DNA of 64,000 nt, from the NCBI GenBank assembly GCA_973895155.1, contig OZ316894.1:9895440-9959439 (forward strand). Direction: 5' to 3'. The DNA is from Marsupella aquatica (lineage: Eukaryota; Plantae; Marchantiophyta). The translations under genes and the position numbers were made by a program. Positions 35,301 through 48,359 of this stretch are shown here, piece after piece. Below the pieces are notes generated by a model, which did no database searches, was not told where the DNA came from, and saw only the letters and a program-made list of their open reading frames with translations. Position 1 is the stretch's first letter. Every line of letters starts with the position of its first letter.

Positions 35301-36926
35301 GTGCAACCAAGTCACATTAACAAAACATTGACAGACACATGTGTGGCTGCTGACGCTAGTCCTCATATGATATTGAGTGGATCAGATCTATATGCTAGGT
35401 GCTTATCTGAAGCAGAAGATACTTTGGAGTCCTCCCCGAGTTCTTCCATTGTCCACCAAATTGATACTGATGTAAAATCTGTTGATCAAACACAAAGCTC
35501 ACCTATCAGCTCACTGAAACATGACCCGTATGGAAGCCAAGGTCTTGATGGCGAATATTCTGCAACATCTGTAGGCCACGTAGAGTCACAGAAAAATGGG
35601 GTGCAAGAGGATTGGAACTATGTCGCAGTGGATCAGCTGGAAGAGTGTCTGGACACGTGCCTAGCAGCTCTCAGACCTCTTCCTTCTGGATCACAGCATT
35701 GCCTTCCTGGACTTGATGTTCCAGAAAATGCTCAACAATTCATTACTGCGGACCAGAATGTCGAGAACAGGAAGAATGTTGATAAGCTATCTGTCAATAC
35801 ATATGAGGTAGTCCAGCAGGTACCGAGGACCAGGTCGGACATTGGTGAGCCTGATAATAAACCCAGCAGTCTTAATGGAAGTGCTTTAAATGAATCCAGG
35901 ACGCGGTCGGATCTAGTCACGTCACAAGCCACTCCGGTTGATGGAACTGATCACTTGGAATTCTCTTCTGGTCCTCTGCAAGAGACAGGCTCTAAGCAGG
36001 TACAAACTACCTCTCATACATGTTTTTCTGAATTGCAGCTTTGACACAACTCAAAAACATTCTAAATTCGCTTTCGTTTTGTCTACTGTCCAAATTCTAC
36101 TTTCCGAAGGTTCTTAGTTCTCGAGCTCTAATGGCAGTATGGAATATGAAGTGTTGATGATTGGTTGGTCTAAATTGCGGATGTGTCACAGATGGAAAAT
36201 CCAGTCCAAGGTAGAAGTCTTGGTAGGCAGACCTTGAAGCAGAATGAACAACGGTTGAAGCAATTTGCCCAAGTGTTTCTATTACAAAGGCATATTGCAC
36301 TCCAACAACAACGTGCTCAAGCAGCACCTCCGTTTCCTCCACCTATGCCTTCGGGATCCGAGATTCCTAGTCAAGTGGTGAATCAACCACTCGAGGTTGA
36401 AAGCAGGGGGCATGGGGACGTTGCTATCAGTAGTACCAGTGTACATACTCATGCAAAATTAAGTCAGGTAGTTGCAGGGAGGCCAACAGAGGATCACATG
36501 GTCTGTGAGATCACTGACCCTAGCGATGAGCAAACGGCGAGCAGAAACTCCCAAGCAGATCAGAATGCAGGTGCCAAACAGGTAGTAGAGAGACCTGGAC
36601 CAGATGTTGTCTTGGACATGGTACTACTGCTGAGGCGCATCGAGGCTGAATATGGGACGTCAGAAGCTAATTTTGAGGGCGAAAGCAGCACATGGTGCAC
36701 ATCAGGATGTGGTGATGTCGAAGAGGGTGTACCTCTATTGGGGAATTCGGATTCGATGAGGAGGGAGAGCTCCGTGGCCAAGTTCGCCAATGCTGTAAGC
36801 ATGAAACATATCAGCATACCTGATGTGAATGCCGTGTTGCTTGTATTTATTGCAATGGTCGTATACACAAGGACAATTTGCAAGGGTCTCTTTTTCGGGG
36901 CGAGGCAAACCCACAGGAGACCCTGA
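32310..36926 (+). CDS. Large multi-IQ-motif (calmodulin/EF-hand binding) protein, ~1474 aa, with hydrophobic C-terminal segment
   Basis: Exons 32310-35999 and 36192-36926 (CAG|gtacaa ... cacag|ATG, phase 0). ATG directly follows an acceptor (ttgcag|ATG), so upstream exons exist. About 20-23 AAxxLQKxWR motifs. Confidence 0.85.
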
Positions 36927-39454
36927 ATGGATGACCAGTCTGGTCATTTTTACACGATGTCGAATTGAGGATGACGTAGTCAATCCTGGCCTGTTCCAAA
37001 GCTTTATATTTGATTTTTGACCTTGGAACGGTATTGTATTTACACAGAATTTAAGTTATTGTCGATTTAGTGCAGTACAGGTGCTAAGACACGGTGGTTG
37101 AAGGAGGCCTTCGGCAGCCTCATAGAGTGACTTCAAAATTTTGCAAAGCCCTATACAGTAGCAATCCCTCGGCAAGTGAGGACCTGGGATATCTCCTTGT
37201 CTCTAGTGTGGAGGGAACCCATTCTTTCCCATTCGTATGCGATTAGACCAATAATTGGCTCACAGAGCTGACCCTTGTACCAAATGATACTGAAATAAAT
37301 TGTAACGTTATTGGTGTAGCCATAAGCATCGTTCGTGTGGACGTTGTGAGGCTTTTTAATACTCGAAACTGCTTCAAAGTTATGAATATCCTCCTCCAGT
37401 TGTGAACGTCCGAGGGGAGCTATGCTTTGCCTGTCTAATTGTCTGTCGTGCCTACCTGCATTATACTGCGAATCTGATGTTTTGTTGGGGAAAGATCGAG
37501 TCATTTTGTCTGGCCGATGAAAGGAGGGATGGCTACTCAGAAGGGATTGCCTTTTGTCCTGAATGGTTTATTCGACTGGAGCTCCTTGAACCAATACAGC
37601 ATTGTACAAGCAGATACAATGTACCAACTGATTTAGGTTTACATAATTCAAAACTAGCTATTTCAAAATATTGGCTACCACTCCATTCCTAGCCTAGCGT
37701 ATATCTTGTATATTCTCCGTTTATGGAACTCTTTCATGTTGAGTATTATCGTGAGTTATCATTTTCATGAACCCGACGAGTTTTGCACAGAAAAGGTACT
37801 GACCGACACCTTTAGGCCCATCTCATGGGTAGTATAAAAATATCTCATGAAGCAAACTGCCTCGATTCATTACACCCATTTTCCTTTCTATAAACAGATA
37901 AAGGATGGTAACTGGAAGTCTTGTTGAACATAAGTGATATGGCCAGGCAATCGATTGCTGTGGGACAGTTAGAAAACTGGCCTGGCAATTGGATTCTGAG
38001 TTCTCATAAAACAAGCAGCCTCCCTTCATTCCCACCCATTTTGCTTTCTCTAATCGGACCAAGGGAAACTGGCAGGATAGTGTACTATAGTGTGTACAAA
38101 GATAGACATAGATGGATTACATGTTTTAGTGTGCAAAAGATAGATAGATAGATAGATAGGTAGATTTTAATGTAAACACCGACTCATCAACTTTTTCTCC
38201 ATGTTTTCTAAGCTAGACAATGAAATCTAGAATAATCAACCTTTTGCAGATACTACTCCGTCCTCGAAAATGCCAATGTCATGTCCGTAGCATGACGAGA
38301 GGATTCCTGCTTCTGCTACACATTCGGAGCCAAAAGTTCTGAGGCAAAAGATGTGCGTGAGTACGACTGTAGTACAAAGTGTGAATGATGCTGAGACATA
38401 ATGGAAAACGTGAGTCGCAGTGAGACGACAGCACCATCATCAGGGAACGAAGAAACGAGCATGCATTGATGAGTGCGTATTGATTTGCTTCCGCCCATTT
38501 ATCCACAGGCACCGACAACGATGTGAATCTTGTCACGAAGGTCAGTTGTAGCACGATGAAACCCATAATTGCGTGAAAAGAGGGCCAGACGACGACCGAA
38601 TTGCACTCTGGATGGGCCTCCGACGAGTCCAGTCCGCCCTATTCAATTTGATGGGATCGGCAGGAAAGAAGAGTTTGGGCCAGACGCTGAATGGTTGCCG
38701 CTCCGAGAGTCATCCTAATTGCTCGTGAATAGCGCAATATCGTGAGTCCTGCGTTGTCGCAAATGAAATTCGCAATCTGCAGAAAGAGAACTTAGTCGGT
38801 GCATATTTAAGAGAGCGAGAGAGAGTAGCTCTCAAGTAAGAGGTCGGTGGTAACAATGGGGGGAGTTCTTTCTCTGCGGATGAGTATTCAGTTGGATCAA
38901 ATTGGAACCTATTCGGTTGGATAAAATTGATCTGTCCGGATGCGCAGTAAGGGTAAGTACAGAGAGAGTTTGTGAAGAAATTGTGGATATTGTAGGCATC
39001 AGGTCGTTCTTCCACCGGGCCCGACTTGTGAAGCTATGCCGGCAGCAGCTAAGAGCCATTACCATGTATGGGATAGAGAGGGCCTTTCTGATGGTGCGCA
39101 ACTCGTAATCGGTGTTGCCGGCCCCCTACCGAAATAGCTGTGTCGAAGGTGGGGCAAAGTGCGATATCTTTACCAAATGCTACATACGCTGGTCCGCTGA
39201 TGTTCAGCATCGTATGAAATCCTGATGCCGACCGGCCGTGAAGTATTAAATATCCAAGGATTGAATCCATGCAAGCAAGACGCGGAACACAGCAAGGGTT
39301 TCCAGCAGCCTTGAAGTGGACATGTAATGGTCCTCTACTGATGGGAGTCGTGCAAATTCCGAACCATTCGGCCTCTTGGTTGTCTTTTTGGAGTGTCTAA
39401 TTCTCTGAGACTTCCTGAAGCAGACGTCAAACACAAAGAGAGAAGGCAATAGGC

Positions 39455-42103
39455 ATGTCAGAGGTTGCAGGGACGGTTGCTGCAGTGTCTGCGGCGCTGT
39501 TTTTCGGTTCATATGGTAAGTGGGTTCTCTTCTGTTCTTCTTCCCTTTCAGTGATTTAGGAAAAGTCTTCCGCAACACGGTCGAGCATAACGTAGAGAAC
39601 GAAGCATATTGAGCTTTAGGTTTCCACTGTTTCCATATTGAGCTCTAGAGAACGTGTAAAATAAGGGTGATTCATCGCCTTCGATAGAGCTCGGGTGCTT
39701 TCTGTGGACTTCCCAGGGCCCTCATGACCTTCCTTCAGCCAATGTCACCATGCACATTCCCTTTTTAAAAAATAAGATTTGGAGAGAAGTAACCGCTATA
39801 TTTACCCAAATTGAATCATTTTTGTAGGAACTCGTGATGCTGTAGTTGAAATTCCGTTCGCAGTATGCGTCAAGAGGAGAGGATTCCTACTGTCCTGAAC
39901 ATCTTAAGAACAGGGGGCCATTCCCACTGAATTGCATAAATTGGAAAGATTGCCTTGAGCACAAAGTCAGACGAGGTAGTCTTCAAGATATGTAGTTATT
40001 GTAGTTTCTAGAAAGACCCATCAGGTTCGAACACCTTTCTTATAGCAGCTGTCTTTTCGCAGGTCTCCCATATCTTGGTTATATGCATGGAACCTAACCA
40101 GGGCTGTTTCTCATTTCTGATGCAGCGGTACCTCTCAAATTTCCTTCAGTGTTGGCAGCTCACGTTGACCCCATAGTCTATCAGACATACAAGTCGATTG
40201 CATGCTTTACAACATCATGGCTCGTTCTACTTGTCGTGGTATGGATTCCCTATCATTCTCCCTATTTTCGCAAACAGCAAAGACGCCTAGACGAGACGAC
40301 TCCTTTTTGTGTTATAATGGAATTTTTGCTCTCGTTCACAAGCACCTGTTTTCAAACTTTGGAACTTGAGACAATAATTTAAGTCCTGCAATGCAAAATC
40401 CAAATCTGGCAAAATGCGTTCCAATGTACTGATCTCGTCTAGTTGTGTGTGGTTTAGGACAAATTCATCTAATATTTCAAGTTGTCTAACTCAAGAACTG
40501 ATTTGCGACTTGCAGCCCCTGAAGTTCACATGGTGGGGAATGGTGGGGGCTACCTTGTGGTCCTCGACAGGCATTGTGGCAATCATGGCTGTGCGTTGGG
40601 CAGGCATTGGAGTGGCCCAGTCGCTCTGGAGTGGCATCAGTAGTATGAAGCTCGACCTCTCGCACTCCACTCTATCTTTCTCTGTGTTGGATTGCACGAA
40701 AACCCTAGTCGTGGTTGAAATAGATTGTGTCTTGTTGTTACGTGTTGCTTTTAGTTTTGCAGCTTCTTAATTAGTGTCCATGGACTTTCTCAGGGCAAAG
40801 AAGTTTAGTTGCCATCTCTGCTTCACATGCCTGAAGGAGTCTGTCCTAATTTTGCTTCCCCTTGTCTTCCGCTCTAACACGTGCACATGTATTTGTCCCT
40901 GTATGCACAGTTTTTGTGTCCTACATCTGGGGAGCTTATGTATTTGCTGAGCCTATACAAAATCCCGCTTTGTCTATGATGGCTCTTGGTGTCATGGCGA
41001 TCGGGATGACAGGAATTGGGATGGCTGCCTCGGGGAAATTTTCCAACAAAGTCCCTTCATCTAAGCGGGAAGACGAAGATTTCGTTGACCTCTTGCCTTT
41101 GGACAGTGAGGGGAAGACAATTCTGTCCCGATCAGTCAGAGATGAAAAAGGCCACTTGAAGTACAAGAAAGACTCTAAATTTTCACACGGGGTCATCTGT
41201 GCAGTTATCGTGGGCATCTCAAATGGAAGCTTCTTGATACCTTTAAAGTATGCCACACAGGTGAGCCGTTCAGGGATTGATACGCGTTGTCTTCGATCAC
41301 CAGAATACAAGCACATTTTTAAATTGTTCTTAGCAGAAATATTCTTAGTTCCTGCAAAAAATTTCGACTTGAACAGAACTAGAACTGGGACGCTAATTTG
41401 TTGAAGTCGTGCAGGAAGTTAAGGGTGTGGAGTACTTGGTTTCTTTTGGAGTGGGGACCTTAACAATCACATCATTTATTCTCCTGTGCCATTCAATACT
41501 TCAAGTTTTGATGGGAAGACCACGACCAGCAATGCAATTTAGAGTAGCTGCGGGACCTGCTTTGCTGACAGGCGTATTGTGGAGTGCGGGCAATGTTGCT
41601 AGGTAAATAATGATCTCCTTTCAATTTCAGATTGAATTACAGTTCCAACTAGAAGGAAATGAACAGGCTCTGATCGTCAAGGGTTGATTGAGCTCAGGCA
41701 GGACAAGTAGGGAAAAAATATATATGAAGTGTCGATTCACTTTCAGAACTACGTGGGCTGCTAGCAGGTAAGTTCAACATTATTCAGTCTTGTTTCTGTG
41801 TTCGACGTTCCTAGATGTGACGCAATTCTTGCACGCTGAGTCTAAACATGCGACACCCATCTGAAATATTTGTGGTTTTGAATGTGCAGCATCTATGCAA
41901 TGCAGTATTTAGGACTGGCACTGGGGTGGCCGTTAGTCCAATGCCAGCTGCTAGTAAGTGCAATGTGGGCTGTTTTCTACTACGAAGAAGTCACTGGACA
42001 AAAAGCAGCGATTGTCTTGCTGGCATCTTGTGGCCTTGTGGTTGTTGGTGCAGTACTGCTTTCACAGTTTGGCACAGTTAGCCATCCCAGTCATGGACAC
42101 TAG
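39455..42103 (+). CDS. TMEM144-like multi-pass membrane transporter (DMT superfamily)
   Basis: Exons 39455-39515, 40126-40238, 40516-40642, 40911-41260, 41415-41602, 41890-42103. Motifs FFGSYAVPLK, DPIVYQTYKS, GIGVAQSLWSG, NGSFLIPLK, GVLWSAGN, LGLALGWPLVQ. Confidence 0.8.
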
Positions 42104-43074
42104 ACAGAAACAGGCCCATTCATTCATCTACACCACTAAATTCAAGAACAATGGTAAGCATCCAAAACAATCCAAGGTTTAGCTCGAAATGATTGTTCAA
42201 GACACAGTACATTTGCGGAAACATTCCACTGTTTTGCCAGTAGAAGAGTGGTCGAAATCATTGTTCATTACACTGAGCCTTCGCGGGAGGTTGTAATTTT
42301 AATTGTCAAGGATTAGGTGAGGCCGGTGGACTTCCTTATGACTTGTTCCAGTAACACAAGCGTAGTGACGAATTTATCCTACCTGTCCACAGATTTAGAC
42401 CCCGAGAATGAGCTTCAAAGCTATGAACGGGCAAATAAATCTGTGAGAAGGAAAGCCCACAAGTGACACTTCTCCTTTATGGTACCCAAGCATTGGCTTG
42501 TGACACATGTTGTGTTATGCATCTGTCTTGGCGTAGTTATAAGGTTGGACAAAGTGTGATGACAACTGAATCTGGTGTCCTCTGCGACTAATGGCATCGT
42601 GAGATCCTGCAGTCGTCCTATACCTGTGGAAGCCAGGGATGGTTTCTGTAACACGTCTGTTCCCTCAGCCTACATTGTGCCAATTGGGAAGTTTTCTCCA
42701 CGGAAATCTCAAAATTCACAACCCATGACTCACTGGTTGGTTTCATTCCGTTCCAGAGCTGTTGCACAACAGAAGTCACATAAAACCCCGGTTAAGTTTA
42801 AAAGTCACGGGCCAGCTGCAATAGAAATGATACCATCATACATCGCATAGTGACATCTGCGTCCAAGTTCAGGGCATGACAAGTTCTTCGTGTGCACAGA
42901 CAACTCCCAGCTCCTGGCTTCGTTGACTCGAGAACAATCTGTAGCATGCATTCTCCTACGGGCCATCCTATCAAAGTAAAAGCAATCACTTTTGGAAGAC
43001 CATTGTAAGGATGCATAAGCAAAGACAGAAGAAAGAAATCGAATTGATGACCACATCCAGAACAGAATACATAC

Positions 43075-43623
43075 TGTTATAATTCAAGAGCTTCTCAATG
43101 AGGTCCACATGAGTCATAAGCATCCGGCGGCAGCAATACCGAACTAAGCCCAACGCATCCAGAGCATCGCTGCCAGTGGTCAACAACAACGCCAATCGTA
43201 AACCGAGATCGCGATGTAAATTTTAGGGTTTACAGAAATGGAGTCGATTCAATGGTAACCTCTCTCACAAATCTTTGTCGGAAGGGACAAAATTTATCAA
43301 CAAGGTCGCTCAATCGAGAGTTGAAACTCACCCTTCAGAATAGTCAGCCTGTAGAAGGTCCAGGTATGTGTCCCATTTGTTCCTTATGACCTGGTTCCAC
43401 AAGTAAACGACGACCTCAGATATCTATCCATCCAAATCTCTCTCGTCCGCAACAAGTTATGCTATAGCAAAGCTAATTTTGCGGACGAGCTTCGCCTTTA
43501 TTCAACTGACCAAACACTGGATGAACATGGATGCTTTATACAGCTTGTTGAATCAGCTGACCATTGCAGAGAAGCCGTAACCCTTACCTTGCCACAGGTG
43601 AAGCATCGTACCGGAATGATCAT
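43075..43623 (-). CDS. RPB10: RNA polymerase shared subunit RPB10 (RPABC5); final short exon not confidently located
   Basis: Exons 43623-43588 ([12 protein letters not shown]), 43390-43332 ([20 protein letters not shown]), 43169-43075 ([31 protein letters not shown]), GT-AG junctions. Confidence 0.93.
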
Positions 43624-43934
43624 CTTGGCTTCTCAGCCCTCGTGAAGTGGGGCCAACAGAAAAGGGGCGATTCTGCGCCTGTCTCGAATTTATCGAGCTC
43701 GCTAGGTTCGCCCCAGTGCCAAAATCTCGCTCTCAATTCCCGATCGCGCTTGAGAATTTGTCGTTCGCAGAAGTCTTCGACGACAAGAACTGAAATTCTG
43801 GGTCCAAAGCTCCGGAATTCTCGGGATCTGTTTAAATGTAGAGTCTACCGTGTCTAAGAGATCTCCTCCATTGTACGCTATTTGCTTACTGTAGACATTA
43901 AATAAATCTTCCTTATAAAGAGAGAAGGGTAAGG

Positions 43935-44250
43935 TGACAAGGTTCAATACTTGTGTGTGTGGGTGGGGTGTACTGTTGTAAGTATTGAATTTTTCCAATG
44001 GTAAGGTCCCAAGGTTCAATACTTGTGTGTGTGGGTGGGGTGTACTGTTGTTGTAAGTATTGAATTTTTCTAAGGGTAAGGTCCCAAGGTTCAATACTTG
44101 TGTGTGTGGGTGTAGTGGTGGGAAGTATCTATTATAGCTATTTGCTTACTGCAGACATTAAATTTTACTTAAATCTCACTTATAAAGTGAGAAGGGTAAG
44201 GTCCCAGGTTCAATAGAGGTGTGTGGGTAGGGTGTAGTGGTGGAAGTATT
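43935..44250. repeat. Tandem array of ~71-74-bp units (3-4 copies) containing a B-box-like ggttcaata motif
   Basis: aaggttcaatacttgtgtgtgtgggtggggtgtactgttgtaagtattgaatttttc...ggtaaggtccc repeated. Confidence 0.85.
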
Positions 44251-44785
44251 GGTTATTTTCTCAGCCCCTGGTGGACCCACTTTGGGGCCCTGGTTTAACA
44301 CTCTCTCCCTCCTGGGATGGGTCCCTGTTGGATCCCTGGTAGCGTGACTTGTGGGCTACCTTACCTAAAATTTCATACTCCATAGCAGGACATCTATCGT
44401 CTGTTGGATATGTTAGATATTGCTCTAGTCTTGTGACTCATGAGCTAACCACAGTTAGTCTAACTTGGGTTAGGACTTAGCTAATGTTAGCGGTAGTGCT
44501 GTTGTGCATATAGCCAGGGCTGATGCCAGACCCTGGTGGAACTTAGGCTCATTGTTACGGAGCTAGTTGAGAGATAGGGAGAGCTTGTGTTGTGGATGCT
44601 TGGTATGGCCGATCGGCCTAGAGTGCAGTAAAGCTCTTGTGTGTTCCCGTGGACGTAGCCTCATGTGGAGGTGAACCACGTATCTCTCTGTGTCGACTAT
44701 TGTGCGTTGGATGGTTCATGGGCTTGCCGTTGCGAATGTCGTCTATGCTCAACAGGATAGGCCTTCTGTTGGCGTCAAGGCAAAA
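44190..44785 (+). mobile_element. Degenerate SINE-like element related to 27285-27525, interrupted by a solo LTR
   Basis: Shared blocks aggttcaat, ggtgtagtggtg, cttgtgggctacc, catctatc..tgttggat and tcaaggcaaaa; the last block resumes after the LTR. Confidence 0.5.
44411..44754. mobile_element. Solo LTR, 344 bp, same family as 13559-13915, opposite orientation
   Basis: TGTTAG...CTCAACA termini, 5-bp TSD GGATA at 44406-44410 and 44755-44759. Confidence 0.92.
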
Positions 44786-45969
44786 TTACACTCACCAGAT
44801 GAGTCTTTTTTTCCTTTGGCGCATTTTGGGGGAGCGATTGACATAAAGGCAAATGCGAGCCTTTATGTACTGAAATTGCCAATACTCCCCTATATACAGG
44901 GGCTAGTCACCAGATCTAATGTAAATCTAGGAAGATCTGGAGACAATTTATTACACATCTGTCAGTACATACTGGAGTACTGGACATAAATTATGTCCCC
45001 ATACCAAAGAATGAACTCCCAAAGCAAATTCTTTTACCCCCCTTTACTGGGTCTCTTGCCTTTGGGGTCTTGTCTCCCCGATTGACACTCTATTTTGTTT
45101 AGCAGTCTAATATACAAAAAGTAATGCCCAAATGGACTGGCAAGTCCTTAGCCATCCATAGGGGCAGCCTGGACTACCGTATCAACATCTGAAATTGCTG
45201 GCATAGTACTATTTACATGTTGTATTGGAAAGATGACCTGTTCCAGCTTCTGAAAAGTGACACTGTTTTCAGTTCACCCAAGTGATCACATTGTCATCAA
45301 GCCACATGCATATAAAGCCTGCAGCCATTGTTACCACTCCATACTAGTTGCCATTCATTGCTCTATCCGAGTGTTACCCTAAGTACCTCCTGTGCAAAAT
45401 CATAAACCAAAAGCTATGGGGTCACAATAGGGCATCTCAAAGCTATATAGTCACAAATAATGACTCTTGGCCATAAACAAAAGGCCATAGCTTGCTTCTA
45501 GCCTCTAGAGTGACTTATGGTCATGGCATCTGACCAAAAACATTGGCAAAAAGTTATCAATTATTTGATAGTCCATAAATTTTTCCTGTGTTGGTAACCT
45601 TAACTACTAAGTTCAAGTCCATCAAATTTTGATGTTTGAGACCACCCAAACTGCCCAGTTGCACACCAACAAATGCAGTGATGTTCTCTCTGACCGTGGT
45701 GAGACACTCTTACCAAGTTGCATAGAGGGCTGCCCTACGGGCCCCTCAGGCCAATGTCCAAGCTGCCCAGCTCTGAACGCTCCTTTCTACCATATAACAA
45801 GTGGAGGATGGCACAACAGGTGGGGATGCTCTGACCAATAGGGTTAGCTTGCGACAATACTCTACACACTACTGGGTGACCAATTTCCACCCCACAACAG
45901 TAGTGAACTAAAGTTCAGCCAATAAAGAGGCTACACCAGATCAAGGAGAATATAACAAAGGCCAAAGCA

Positions 45970-47100
45970 GGCATGGCTGAGTGGTAGCTCACTGGACTTG
46001 AGTACTCATAGGTCTTGGGTTCAACTCTTATAAGTGGCTCGTGTTGCCTCCCTTTCCATGGGGTTTCACGGATTTCCTCAAAATTTTTAAAAAGAAACGA
46101 AGAATTATAGGACAAAGGGGAAGGTCCCCCTTGTTTCCATGGAACCCGTCTCGAAGCCAAGGATTGGGGGTGTGCTGCTCTACGCAATCATGGTTTCATG
46201 GGACAGAACAAGAGAAACAGTGGAAGCGAGGTGAGCCGGTAGCCGGCTGAGTGGTAGCTCACTTGACTAAGGACTCATAGGTCTCGGGTTCAACTGTTAT
46301 AACTGGCTCATGTTGCCTCCCTTTCCGTGGGGTTTTGCAGATTTCCCCTTTTGAAAAAATAATAATTTTAAATAGGAGAATAGGACGAGAACTAAAGCCC
46401 AGATAGACCTCCACTTTGTCTATGAAGCCCGTATGGACTTGCTCAGAACATCTAAACTGACTCAGATAACAAAATTTACACTTGTGACTGAAATGTAACC
46501 TATAAATGGTACTCATTACCTTGAAACTGACAGATGTCAAGACGTCATGCCATTACTCAGAATCACCATACTACATTCCCCCCAAGGTAGTCAAAGTCGT
46601 CAACTGCAATCCGCAACTGGGTCCTTTTTTGTTCCCGGTGTAAAAACGATGATTGCTTTACGCAGTCCATGGTCGGTCCATCCGGGATTTTGTTTCATAG
46701 GATGACAGGGAAGGTCCCCTTGTTTCCATGGAACCTGTCCGAAGCCAAGGATTGGGGGTGTGCTGCTCTACCCAATCATGGTTTAGTGGAACAGAACAAG
46801 AGAAACAGTGGAAGTGATCACTTCATGAAGTGGGAGTGGTAGCTCACTGGACTAAGAACTCATAGATATTGGGTTCAACTCTTATAACTGGCTCATGTTA
46901 CCTCACTAATCCATGGGGTTTCACTGATTTTCCCCTTTTGAAAAAAAAATTATTACAAAAAAACGAAAAGGAGAATAGGACGACGGGGAAGGTCCCCTTG
47001 TTTCCATGGAACCCGTCCGAAGCCAAGGAGTGGGGGTGTGCTGCTCTACACAATCATGGTTTCGTGGGACAGAACAAGAGAACGAAAAACAGTGGAAGAG
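45970..47100 (+). repeat. Cluster of three tRNA-derived SINE-like units (A) and three copies of a second ~120-bp unit (B), order A-B-A-gap-B-A-B
   Basis: A (~45970, ~46243, ~46833): tggctgagtggtagctcact...gggttcaact...ccatggggtttcac...A-rich tail. B (~46115, ~46705, ~46985): ggaaggtccccttgtttccatggaacc...agaacaagaga...aacagtggaag. Confidence 0.75.
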
Positions 47101-47274
47101 AGATGAGAGATGAGCCGATAGACAGAGCCAATGTTTGATGGGATTCAGATTATTACAGAGCGAGCAAGCAAAGCAAATCAAGCAAGCAAGGCAAGGCAAG
47201 GAACAAGAAATCGGCGATCGAGGAGCTTGCTCTGGGGCTGATCTGCTGGAGGAACACGTTTGCAGTCGAGGAGG

Positions 47275-48359
47275 ATGGGTGGAGGAGGAGAAGAGCCCGT
47301 CGCGACATCGGCCGTCCTGATTTCCACATCCAAGCACATTTCGTCCAAATGCGGGGACGAGAATCGCGCCTTCCTCAACTGCAAGCGGAAAGATGCCAAC
47401 CCCGAGAGCTGCTTGCCGCAGGGCCAGAAAGTCACCCGCTGTGTAGTGTCTCTGTGAGTTTCTCCCCTCGTCTGCTTCGCTAATCCCCCATCTGCCAGGT
47501 TCGTCGTTAGGCCCCAGTGCTACTCCTCGAAGGGAGTGATTCACCTCTCAGCCTCGTTAACCATTCCCTCCCGTGTTTTTCTTTTTGCCCGTTTTCCGAA
47601 GCTTATGCCCGATTTTCCTGCTCCTGGTTTACGCGCTCGCGTTTTCTTCGTGATCTCAGGTTGGCATTGCTGATTCTGTGGGACACATTTTGATCCCTTC
47701 TCGTTCCTCTGTCCCGACCATTGCCTGATGAACTGATACCGTGCAGCACTCACATGCATAATTCTAACTAGCTTAAATTAAGTCAATTATGTAAACTGAC
47801 GTTTCCTAATAGCTTAAGCACTCTACACGATCTCATTCAATTTGAAAACGTAGTTCGCGGATTTTCTCCTCGTCTAACCAAGGGACCTAATTGTGTATAA
47901 GTGACCTAGACAACGGAGTTAAGTAAGGTTTCCAACTAGCTTGATTATTCTCTGTGATCTGAGTCTATTTTGAAAACGGAATTCACGGTTTTTCTCCTTT
48001 TCTAACCAAGGGATCTGATTGTGTTAAATTGACCCTGATTCCTAATGCCCAGTTCTTCCAATTGATTTCTAACCAATTCTGTCTTTGACGCCCCTCATTT
48101 CTAACTTTGGGAAATTAGATGAGTTTTCTACGAGTGTCAAGTGAATGCAAGACTTGCTACTGCTGCAAACGGTGTATTTACTTGTTGTGATATGCCTTGA
48201 CCTAATCTAGGATATTCTACTGTCTGTAGGCTACGGGAGCTGCATGAAACATGTCCCAAGGCAATGGATGCCTTCACCAAGTGTATGGATTACTATGGAA
48301 ACGAGTTCGAACTTTGCCGAAAGCAGCAACAGGAATTCGAAAAGAGCTGTCCACTATGA
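47275..48359 (+). CDS. NDUFA8: Mitochondrial complex I subunit NDUFA8 (PGIV), CX9C protein
   Basis: Exons 47275-47453 and 48230-48359: MGGGGEEPVATSAVLISTSKHISSKCGDENRAFLNCKRKDANPESCLPQGQKVTRCVVSLLRELHETCPKAMDAFTKCMDYYGNEFELCRKQQQEFEKSCPL*, four CX9C motifs. Confidence 0.92.

Noticed and set aside
45970-46040. tRNA gene
   Set aside because: A/B-box-like motifs are present but there is no convincing cloverleaf; the repeated units with A-rich tails are better explained as SINE-like.
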